Shown here: positions 1 to 8,300 of the stretch, piece after piece
Layout of the letters: each line of letters opens with the position of its first letter
Position numbering within the stretch: the stretch's first letter is position 1
Made by a program: the position numbers and the translations under genes
Notes under the pieces: model-generated
Databases searched by the model: none
Told to the model about the DNA's origin: nothing
The model's input: the letters and a program-made list of their open reading frames with translations, nothing else
Assembly (NCBI GenBank): GCA_947631875.1
Contig: CANRMV010000001.1
Coordinates: 1 to 40,267, forward strand
Source of the DNA: an uncultured Clostridia bacterium
Lineage (GTDB): Bacteria > Bacillota > Clostridia > Christensenellales > UBA1242
Direction: 5' to 3'
DNA length: 40,267 nt

Positions 1-38
1 GATAAGCTGTTGACATTCTCATATCTAAAAAATGAGAA

Positions 39-284
39 ATGAACAAACTTGTCGATACTACAAGTTTTGTTGATTGTGAAGACATAGCTGAAAACACCGC
101 AACTTTTGACTTTAATACTAAAGTATTAAAGCAAGGCAAAGCAAATTTGCCCAAAGAGCAAATAAACAGGATTGGCCTAATCATAGCAACCGATTTCAAA
201 AACTTTGCCGAGTCCGGTGGCAACCTTTCAACTCTATCCGCAAATGCAGTTTACACCCATTTGCAAAACACTCAACAAAACTGA
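39..284 (+). CDS. hypothetical small protein (81 aa)
   Basis: Open frame bounded by an in-frame TAA at 3-5 and a TGA at 282-284. A clean intrinsic terminator follows a few nt later. No recognisable motif, and the SD is weak. Confidence 0.35.
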   Translation: MNKLVDTTSFVDCEDIAENTATFDFNTKVLKQGKANLPKEQINRIGLIIATDFKNFAESGGNLSTLSANAVYTHLQNTQQN

Positions 285-289
285 AAAAG

Positions 290-319
290 GAAGAAGTTGC
301 AAAAACTTCTTCTTTTTTT
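290..319 (+). terminator. rho-independent terminator
   Basis: Perfect 9-bp stem GAAGAAGTT (290-298) / AACTTCTTC (304-312), 5-nt loop, then a T7 run at 313-319. Confidence 0.75.
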
Positions 320-348
320 GCAATAAAGTATGATTATTTTTTCCAATA

Positions 349-357
349 TGCTATAAT
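349..357 (+). promoter_or_regulatory. extended -10 promoter (TGcTATAAT) of the EEP gene; leaderless geometry
   Basis: TG at 349-350 and TATAAT at 352-357. The ATG at 364 lies 6 nt after the -10 box, and there is no SD in between. Confidence 0.45.
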
Positions 358-363
358 GAAATT

Positions 364-1176
364 ATGGATACGCTAAAAATTGTATTTTGGAATATACATA
401 ATACAGCCCAACCTTGCCTACTCTCCGAACTAATTAAAGAAGAAGATGTTGGAATTTTAATACTAACTGAAAGCAGTCACATAAATGTTGGCAATTTTGT
501 TAAAAATTTGGAGAATTATGCTTTATACGAAGGTTTGTCAAAAAATAAACTTTGTATAATTGCAAAAGACAATATAGAATTTTCAAATATTTTAACAAAA
601 AATAGATATACGTTGGCAGAGTGCAAGTGGAACAATCTTAGGTTTAATCTTGGTGCCGTTCATTTACAATCACAAAATGTCGAACAGAGCAATGAAAGAG
701 AAGAAACTATTAGAAATTTAAAAAATGACTTGGCGACTTATGAAAACATCACAGATAAGACGATGATAATAGGCGATTTTAATGTCCAGCCTTATTCGAA
801 TGAAATGATAGCATTTAATTATTTTAATGCTGTTGTTTATAAAGATTTGATTAAAAACGAGATAACAACATTTGAAAATGAACAATATAAAAGATTTTAT
901 AACCCTACACTGACATTAATATCAGAAAAAAACAAAGTTTATGGAACCCATTATTATGATAACAGGAATACCTTGTTTTGGGAGTTTTTGGACCAATGCA
1001 TTATTAGGAAATCCCTATTAAAAAATTTTATCAAAGTCGGCATTATGCACAAAATTAGAAACAATTCATTGTTAAAAAACAAAAAACCCAATAACGAAAT
1101 TAGCGATCATTTGCCAATTTATATAATTTTAAAAGGAGAACAAAATGGAAAACGAAGAAAAAAATCTATGGCCTGA
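364..1176 (+). CDS. endonuclease/exonuclease/phosphatase (EEP, DNase I-like) family protein
   Basis: The full ordered EEP motif set is present: N-terminal VFWNI, ILTE, IIGDFN, FLDQCII and C-terminal SDHLPI. There is no signal peptide. Confidence 0.8.
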   Translation: MDTLKIVFWNIHNTAQPCLLSELIKEEDVGILILTESSHINVGNFVKNLENYALYEGLSKNKLCIIAKDNIEFSNILTKNRYTLAECKWNNLRFNLGAVHLQSQNVEQSNEREETIRNLKNDLATYENITDKTMIIGDFNVQPYSNEMIAFNYFNAVVYKDLIKNEITTFENEQYKRFYNPTLTLISEKNKVYGTHYYDNRNTLFWEFLDQCIIRKSLLKNFIKVGIMHKIRNNSLLKNKKPNNEISDHLPIYIILKGEQNGKRRKKSMA

Positions 1177-1654
1177 TTTAAACGACAGAATTGTAAAAAT
1201 TGACGAAATTAAAAATTTTCTTAACAAACAGTGTGATTTTTTAAACAGACAGTATGCCAATAGTATTAATGCTAAATTTGAAGAGATGATTTTCTATCAA
1301 TCGTCATTTTCTTCTCTTGCTCAGACCATGTCAAAATTTGCACAAATAGCCTCTTCAAGTTTTGAAGTTAAAAATGATAGCGATAGCGAGAAACAAGATA
1401 TCAACGAAATTGTAAGTAAAAACAAGTTTGTATTTACAATAACTAACAAAAAGTATAAATTTAATATGTTTTATTTGAGCACTGATCAATACTTTCCTAT
1501 TACATTAGAAATGGATTATGATATTGCTACGAATTTAGGATGTGAAAAGGAGATTAAACTTTTTGATCTTGAAAATTTCAAAAATGAATTTCAGAAAATT
1601 ATAAACACAAACAAAGTTAAAACTGTTTTGTATAAAATGTTAAATGAAAACTAA
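1145..1654 (+). CDS. hypothetical protein (169 aa), overlapping and probably co-translated with the EEP gene
   Basis: Strong SD AAGGAGAA sits 5-6 nt before the ATG at 1145, inside the 3' end of the EEP gene (32-nt overlap). No recognisable motif. Confidence 0.6.
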   Translation: MENEEKNLWPDLNDRIVKIDEIKNFLNKQCDFLNRQYANSINAKFEEMIFYQSSFSSLAQTMSKFAQIASSSFEVKNDSDSEKQDINEIVSKNKFVFTITNKKYKFNMFYLSTDQYFPITLEMDYDIATNLGCEKEIKLFDLENFKNEFQKIINTNKVKTVLYKMLNEN

Positions 1655-1695
1655 ACTTAATAAATAAACTGCCGATATAAACTTTCGTGTTAGGA

Positions 1696-1725
1696 TTGGA
1701 TAGCGGTTGCTCCGCCAAATATGAT
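1696..1725 (+). promoter_or_regulatory. candidate sigma70-type promoter of the NUDIX gene
   Basis: TTGGAT (1696-1701), 18-nt spacer, TATGAT (1720-1725). An SD GGAGG lies downstream, before the TTG start at 1757. Confidence 0.35.
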
Positions 1726-1756
1726 TCAGTTGAACCCATATGAATGGAGGTAATTA

Positions 1757-2203
1757 TTGAAAAAGTTTAATTTTGCCCAAAAAGCATTCATAGTTCATGA
1801 GAACAAAATTCTTTTAGTGAAAAAATCCGAACAAGACCCATCACATCCTAATGAATGGGAAGTTCCAGGTGGGCGCATTGAATTTGGTGAAAATTTGGAA
1901 GATCATATCAAGCGAGAAGTGAAAGAAGAGGTTGGTTTAGATATTATTCTTGGCGTTCCTTTTTCTATGTGGACATGGATTATGCACAGAGGTGAGGATG
2001 ACATTCAAGTTATTGCTGTTGGGCGAATTTGCCAACCGGTTAATACAATAACTGATAGTACAAACAGAGTTGAAGATGATTTTTTATCAGATATTGCTTG
2101 GGTGGACATTGATCAAGTATTTGAATATAAATTAATTCCGGATCTTGTTCCAACTATGCAAAAATTTATAGATATTTATAAAAATCAAAATGCCTTATTA
2201 TAA
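1757..2203 (+). CDS. NUDIX hydrolase
   Basis: Complete Nudix box Gx5Ex7REUxEExGU, read as GRIEFGENLEDHIKREVKEEVGL. TTG start preceded by GGAGG. Confidence 0.85.
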   Translation: MKKFNFAQKAFIVHENKILLVKKSEQDPSHPNEWEVPGGRIEFGENLEDHIKREVKEEVGLDIILGVPFSMWTWIMHRGEDDIQVIAVGRICQPVNTITDSTNRVEDDFLSDIAWVDIDQVFEYKLIPDLVPTMQKFIDIYKNQNALL

Positions 2204-2344
2204 TTAAAATCATTTATTTGAGGTATTCAACTGAGATTGTTTTCTTCCCGACAAAAGGGAGCTGTTTGCACCGTAAACAAAAAACGGGGTGTGAACTTTT
2301 CTTTTTATATGATTGTGTTGGAATTTGTTTTAAAAGGTGATAAA

Positions 2345-3568
2345 ATGTTTCTATACAATCTGCGAAAAAAGTTTGGATGCAAAATGCTTTATGGAGAAAA
2401 TATGAAACATGAGAATATTACAAACAAATTTATCCGCCTTCTTAAAAAAGATAACAATCTTAAAAGATTGGTTGAGAAAGATTTGGAAATAGCAAAACGG
2501 AACAACCCAGACAAAAACTTTAATCCCGCCCAAAGTTTGGAGGAATTGTATGATTTTTTAGATTGGTCTGTTAAATGTATGCCGTGGGAAGTTTTGAAAG
2601 ATGTAAAATATCCAACACTATATAAAAGAATTGAACAGTGCATTGGTTATTTTTGGTACATATTAGACCAACCATTAGATGAGCTCAAAAATTGCGGATT
2701 TTATTATCCTTCGTTGCACTACTTAGAGCCCATTTCAAGTTGGGAAAAAGAATACTGTAAAGCTTGGGGCAAATTTTTATCTTCCAAAAAAAGTTGGAAG
2801 CCCGAATATTACAACAAAATATTGATGGACGAAGGTTTTGGATTGAAATATGGCTGGTATGGCAACACAAACATTTGGAAGTCCTTTAATGAATTTTTTG
2901 CTCGAAAACTGGCAGACAAAAGTTTTAGACCCATTGCACAATGTGATGTTGTGGCACCTGCTGATTCGTCTCCAAAAGGCTATTTCAAGATTGATAAAGA
3001 CAGCAAATTTATTCAACCATCAGGCGTGAAAATAAAATCTGCAAATTTCAACTCTGTCAAGCAACTTATTGGTTTTGATAGCAAATATTGTGATAAATTT
3101 GCGGGTGGAATTTTAACGCATGTTTTTCTTGATGTGAATGATTATCATAGATATCACTTTCCTGTTTCTGGTGAAGTTTTAGAAGTAAGGAAAATTCCTG
3201 CACTAAATGCTGGCGGAGGAATTACACAATGGAATAATTCCACAAAAAATTATGACTATTTCAATGAAACAGGTTTTCAAATGATTGAAACGCGCGATTG
3301 CGTGATTTTGAAAACAAATTTTGGCTTGGTGGCCATTTTGCCGGTTGGCATGTCGCAAATTTGCTCATGCAATTTTGAGAAAAATGTTAAGGTGGGAGCA
3401 AAGGTGTCTAAGGGAGATCCAATGGGCTATTTTCAATTTGGCGGAAGCGATATCGTCATGATTTTTCAAAAGGGAGTAAAATTAAAAAATCTTCTTGCCA
3501 AAGAAAAAGGTGACTACCTTCATGTGTTGATGGGGCAACCCTATGCCGAAATTGAAATGTTAAAATAA
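2345..3568 (+). CDS. phosphatidylserine-decarboxylase-family (pyruvoyl-dependent) decarboxylase with a long soluble N-terminal extension
   Basis: PSD core motifs are present: APADS, DYHRYHFP, VGMSQI, and the self-cleavage-type FQFGGS. The N-terminal ~150 aa (LEELYDFLDWSVKCMPWEV...) resembles the PSD-associated PSDC domain. No TM segment. The start is taken at the ATG after AAGGTGA; the ATG at 2402 (after GGAGAA) is an alternative, and the ORF-track TTG at 2237 is unlikely. Confidence 0.8.
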   Translation: MFLYNLRKKFGCKMLYGENMKHENITNKFIRLLKKDNNLKRLVEKDLEIAKRNNPDKNFNPAQSLEELYDFLDWSVKCMPWEVLKDVKYPTLYKRIEQCIGYFWYILDQPLDELKNCGFYYPSLHYLEPISSWEKEYCKAWGKFLSSKKSWKPEYYNKILMDEGFGLKYGWYGNTNIWKSFNEFFARKLADKSFRPIAQCDVVAPADSSPKGYFKIDKDSKFIQPSGVKIKSANFNSVKQLIGFDSKYCDKFAGGILTHVFLDVNDYHRYHFPVSGEVLEVRKIPALNAGGGITQWNNSTKNYDYFNETGFQMIETRDCVILKTNFGLVAILPVGMSQICSCNFEKNVKVGAKVSKGDPMGYFQFGGSDIVMIFQKGVKLKNLLAKEKGDYLHVLMGQPYAEIEMLK

Positions 3569-3577
3569 GGGGAGATT

Positions 3578-4188
3578 ATGGAATTTAGACAGTTGATGAA
3601 AAAGAACGCAAAAGAATTTTCGGGGCTTATCCAAAACATGTATAACAATCTTGAAAACCTTGAATGGTTTTCGCCAATGCCTTATGAGAAGAAGGGGTGA
3701 AAGAGATAATAGCAAATCCCAGATTTTTTATTCTTGGCGCGTTTGAAAACAATGAGTTGTGTGCGGTGAGTTCTTTTGATTTTAAGTGTGGCAAACTTAT
3801 TGGGCAAAGTTGCTTGCCAACATATTGCACCATAGAGAACACAGCAGAAATTGGTTTTACAATGGTCAAATCCAATTTTAAAGGACGCGGCATCATGAAA
3901 AGTTTAATAAAGCAGTTGGAAAACAGCGCGGCGCTTTTCAACAAAAAATATTTGTTTGGGAAAGTGCATGTTGACAATATTGCAAGTTACAAGTCTTTTA
4001 TAAGTTGCGGGTTCGATGAATTTTCAAGATATGAAAAAACGGTGACAAGAACGGAATTTGAAAAATTTTTAATTTCGGGGTTGTTGTTGCCAGCAACATG
4101 TGCAAAAGCACAAGAAACCTTGAAAAGAAATCGTGGCGACATTTCTGTTCAATATGCGATTTTAATAAAAAATTATAACAACAATTAG
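3578..4188 (+). pseudogene. GNAT-family N-acetyltransferase, apparently split by a 1-nt frameshift at a G4 run (3694-3697)
   Basis: ATG 3578 has a good SD (AAGGGGAG) and encodes 40 aa with a GNAT-like N-terminus, then reaches TGA at 3698-3700. The remaining 163 aa (3697-4188) include the acetyl-CoA motif RGRGIMKS and continue in the -1 frame. The join reads naturally as ...PYEKKG/VKEIIANPRFFILGAF. Confidence 0.55.
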
Positions 4189-4252
4189 TGCCAGCCATTT
4201 GCTCTTTTGATTTTGGGTTGCTATGACGGCATAAAATTTTTACAACAAAGTT

Positions 4253-4282
4253 TTGGACTTTTGTTGCAAAAGATGATATAAT
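4253..4282 (+). promoter_or_regulatory. promoter of the SDR gene
   Basis: TTGGAC (4253-4258), 18-nt spacer, TGaTATAAT (TG 4274-4275, TATAAT 4277-4282). The SD AGAGGTGA follows. Confidence 0.5.
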
Positions 4283-4303
4283 AAGCATAATTAGAGGTGA
4301 AAA

Positions 4304-5020
4304 ATGAGATATGTTTTAATTACAGGTGCAGGAAGCGGACTGGGCAAAGAAACTGCAAAACTTTTGAAAGATGAAAAACTTTTGCTTGTTGGCCGAAACG
4401 AAAAAAATTTGAAAAAAGTGGCTCAGAATTTGGATGCAGATTATTTTATTTGCGATATAACAAACATTGACCAAATAAACGAATTAAAGGCGCATGTTGA
4501 GAAAAATTTTGCCAATCTTGACACAATCATAAATTGTGCAGGAGTTTGGACAAAAGGCGAAATTTCACAACTAAGCGACAAACATTTTGCCGAAATGAAC
4601 ACACTTGAAAAAATTAAAAATGTGCTTGACACAAACACCTTTGGAACAATCGCAATGATTACAACATTTGCGCCAATTTTAATCAAAAACAAAAAGGGGC
4701 AAATAATCAATGTCAATTCTCAAAGTGGCGTTGAAACAGAGGAATTTTGCCCGGTGTATAACGCTTCTAAACATGGCGGGTATTTTTATCGAAAAGCAGT
4801 TCAAAGAGATTTGGCAAAACATAATGTGAAAATCACGGATGTTTGTCCAGGACTTATGAAAACCGACTTTTTTGTCAAGGCTGATGACGGACTTCCACAA
4901 GAAATAATGAAATTAGGACTTTCGCCAGATGAAGTGGCAAAAACAATAAAATATGTGTTTGACATGCCACATGAAATAACAATTCCAAGCATTGAAGTTA
5001 GACATATTAAAAATTATTAA
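4304..5020 (+). CDS. short-chain dehydrogenase/reductase (SDR) family oxidoreductase
   Basis: N-terminal TGAGSGLG (TGxxxGxG) cofactor motif and the catalytic YNASK (YxxxK). Confidence 0.85.
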   Translation: MRYVLITGAGSGLGKETAKLLKDEKLLLVGRNEKNLKKVAQNLDADYFICDITNIDQINELKAHVEKNFANLDTIINCAGVWTKGEISQLSDKHFAEMNTLEKIKNVLDTNTFGTIAMITTFAPILIKNKKGQIINVNSQSGVETEEFCPVYNASKHGGYFYRKAVQRDLAKHNVKITDVCPGLMKTDFFVKADDGLPQEIMKLGLSPDEVAKTIKYVFDMPHEITIPSIEVRHIKNY

Positions 5021-5156
5021 AAAAATTTTTATAATTAAACGAGGAGTTATATGAAAATATTCTTGGCGGGTTCAGTAAGTTCGGCGACAAAAGATCAGAT
5101 GATAAGATGATAAAATGCTAATAGATAAAGAAAAAACCAAACAAACAGAAATGAAA

Positions 5157-5187
5157 AAATTGGACAAAAAAAACAGTCCAATTTTTT
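5157..5187 (+). terminator. intrinsic terminator-like hairpin in the long intergenic region
   Basis: 9-bp stem AAATTGGAC (5157-5165) / GTCCAATTT (5176-5184), 10-nt A-rich loop, T-run to 5187. Confidence 0.5.
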
Positions 5188-5334
5188 AATGTGCATGTTG
5201 GGCAAAAATTTGCGTTGTTTAAGCAAGAGTTGTTACTTTTTATTTGCAAAAACTTTAATGTGCTCGTCTTTTGTTTTTTACTTTATTTTTAATGAAAAAT
5301 TTTTCAAAAAACTGTTTATTTTTTGAAACCTATT

Positions 5335-5343
5335 TGCTATAAT
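5335..5343 (+). promoter_or_regulatory. extended -10 promoter (TGcTATAAT) of the M60-like gene
   Basis: TG at 5335-5336 and TATAAT at 5338-5343. The SD GGGGTGA (5361-5367) lies before the ATG at 5371. Confidence 0.4.
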
Positions 5344-5370
5344 GCAAATATAGAGTTAATGGGGTGATGT

Positions 5371-8300
5371 ATGAGAAAAAAGAAAAATATCTTTTATCTT
5401 GAACAAAGAAGTCTCTCACACAAAAAAGGAGCAAATCGAGTTGTTGGATTTGTGCTTTCCTTAATGCTTTCTTCCACTTTGTTTGGAAATGCTGGGCTGA
5501 TGATTAAAGAAAGTTTGCCTTCTTTCGAGCCGGCTGTTTCTGCGGATGCAACCTTTGCATCGGTGTCATCGGCAACGGATGCGGTGGACTTGCAAAAAGA
5601 AGGTGTTGTTCGCCCAGAGGATTTGGACGAAGGCCTTTCGCGCAAAAGTTTTGAGGACATGGAAGGTCGCCGTGTGACATTGCGTGAACCATATATGGAA
5701 GTTACAAGCAGAGAGGTGGCAAGGCAAGAGGTTGTTGGCACGCTTGATGACACCTTCCAATTTATTGACCCAACCACAGGTGATTTTTATGACGGCCCAG
5801 CAAAAGAAATTGCAAAAGTGGATTTTGTGCAAGATGGAAAAGAAGGAAACGAGATTGGCAACAAGACAAATCCGCGTTATCCAATGAGAGGATTGGCAAA
5901 CAGCAAAGACAACTCGCCAAAAATCTTTTCCGATTTTGAAAAATACATGCTTTTGCGACAAGCATGGTATTATAGAAAAAAGATAAACACCATGTTGGAA
6001 AATCACCAATTAGGCGATTATTTGAAAAAGCATCCAGCAGCCGAAGGAATTTATGGCGCGATTGATGCTGGGGCAAAGGCGGTTAGCAAAACAATAATAT
6101 CCGACCCAATTTACAACTCGCCACTCACAACGGGCCTGTATCTTGCACCAGGCGAAGTGGTAACGGTGACGGTTTCTGAATTGAAAAGTGGCGAAACGGT
6201 TAAGTTGACAACGCATCAACAGGATTCGCTTGGCTATGACGGTGGTTTTCCTGACGGCTTTAAGGCAGAAGAATATTTTTCCGCAGAGCAATATAAGATT
6301 TATAAAACATTAAACAGCACAGAAAAATATTTCATGTATTGGGACAGCGAATTGATTAAAGAAGCAGAGCGCGCCCAAACAGCCCACACAAAGCCGGACT
6401 ACACAAAATTTAGTTTCAAACTTCAAGGGCAATGGCAATGGCAAAATCAAAAAGTGCCATGCATGGGTTCGGTTTTTGAATTTACGCATAATGGCACTTA
6501 TGAAATTGGCAGCATATATGGCGGCCCGCTTTATTTGCAACCAACCAATTCGGTTGTGAAACTTGAAATCACGGGTGCGGTTGAAACACCACACTTCATT
6601 TTGGGAGTTACAACAAAGGAAGAGTTTGACAAGCATCTCAAAACTGCGCCAGGCCTTATTGCAACACTTGATGTTGAAAACGGGCAACTTATTGGTCTTG
6701 CGGACTATATGCGAAATTGTGATGATATTGAAAAACTTGCATATTTTTGGCATTCAGTTTTTGCAATCAATTCCTCTTTAAATGGAAGGGAATATAATTA
6801 CAACATAACGATGGCGTATGACATACACGTTCCAGCAGGCGAAGCGGTTGCGCTAAATTCGTCCTTTGCAGCACAGCCTTTTGGCTGGTTTGAGGCGTGC
6901 ATGAATTACAAAACCCTAACAACCAAAGGAAATTGGGGAACGTTTCACGAACTTGGACACATTCAGGCCAAAACCTATGGCGTGAATTGGGGAATGTGTG
7001 GCAGCAACTGCAAAAATCCATGTGAGGGCGAAGTTTGGAACAACACGCTTATCATTTTGATGTATTCCATGCTTTGCAACATGGACCCAAGAGTGATACA
7101 GGTTGAACATGGCGAATATGTTCACCCATACACAGCCATAAATGCATCTATGAATTTGCCAGATGTGCAAGATTATCACGATTATAACAACACAAGCAAT
7201 CCTCACTTCCCACAACTGTCGCTGTATTCCACATTAATCCACTCTTTTGGGCCAGAAAGATTTATTGACTTTTTCTACACCTACAAAATTAACCCATCAT
7301 ATTGTAACAATGCGCGTGCGGATTTCATATATCGCATTGGGCTTGTTGACCATGTGAACATTTTGGAATGGATAAATCACAACTATCACGGAAATGTGAA
7401 TGCCCACACAGATTTCAGTGCGGAGCAGTTGGAATTTCTTAACACTTTGCCAACATTTTATCCTATTGCTTATGAATGGGCAAATGGAATAGATGGCAAC
7501 GAAACGGCAAGGAAATATGATGTTGACGGAAAATATAACACCATATTTGATTTGTCGCCAAAGAGTTTTGTAAGTTATAAGCCATTCACAATAATTGAGG
7601 TTACAAATCCTGTTCATGGCACAATAGAGTATAAAGAGGAAGAACAAAAAGCAATTTACACGCCTCCAACCGAAATAACCGAAAATGACGAGTTTTCCAT
7701 TGTTGTTTCAACAGAAGGTGGAAGAATTGTAACACTAAATGTTCGCATGCGCCTTGTGTATAATGGGGCACACATAGAAATGTTTAAACTTGACAGCGAT
7801 ACGCCAGTGCAAGACATAACGAATATAATTGCATCTCAAAAAGATAAAGACCCTTTCCGCACAGAAGAAAGTGCAATCGCCGGCAAAGCATCCTTTAACA
7901 GCAAGGAAAAGGAATATTATCACATTCAATTCAGTTTCAAAGCAACAAAAGCAGGTTTGCATAAGTTTACAATTTGTGGTGACGATGCAAAGATATGTTA
8001 TTTCAAAAAAGATAACGAATACATCACAAATGGGCAAGGCGGAATAAAATATTCAAACCCTAATTCATATGTTGCTTACAATGCCACAGACAACAATTTT
8101 GCAAGTGCAATCCTTCAAGTTGGAGATATAGTGGATATGGATCTCCACTTGGTGAATTGGGCAGGCGCGGGATATGCAAAAGTTGGAGTTGTTTTTCCTG
8201 ATGCAACAGCCGTTGTGGACATTCCGGCGGAAAATATTGTGAACACAAGAGTTTCCAGCCAAGACCTTGAACAAACACAAAAGTTTGAAGGCTGGCAGCC

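Noticed and set aside
10-38. Consensus TTGACA at 10-15 as the promoter for the first ORF
   Set aside because: There is no acceptable -10 hexamer at 16-19 nt spacing; the position reads TGAGAA.
1655-1756. Possible riboswitch or structured leader upstream of the NUDIX gene (hairpin TTGG-ata-GCGG/CCGC-CCAA at about 1697-1719)
   Set aside because: It matches no riboswitch consensus I know. The same nucleotides are better explained as a -35/-10 promoter pair (TTGGAT, 18 nt, TATGAT).
2237-2344. N-terminal extension of the PSD-family ORF from TTG 2237
   Set aside because: It has no SD, and the extension runs through a hairpin and T-rich region that probably terminates the NUDIX transcript. The ATG at 2345 (after AAGGTGA) or at 2402 (after GGAGAA) is far more plausible.
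3698-3700. TGA recoding (code 4/25) as an explanation for the broken GNAT
   Set aside because: Reading through the TGA meets a TAA three codons later. TGA is also used as a normal stop elsewhere in the window (for example at 282-284 and 12128-12130), and Trp is encoded by TGG throughout.
5359-5373. Shared AATGGGGTG motif immediately upstream of the start codons of both giant surface-protein genes (5359-5367 and 21798-21806)
   Set aside because: It is most simply a GGGGTG-type Shine-Dalgarno variant. A 9-mer shared twice is too little evidence for a dedicated regulatory element.
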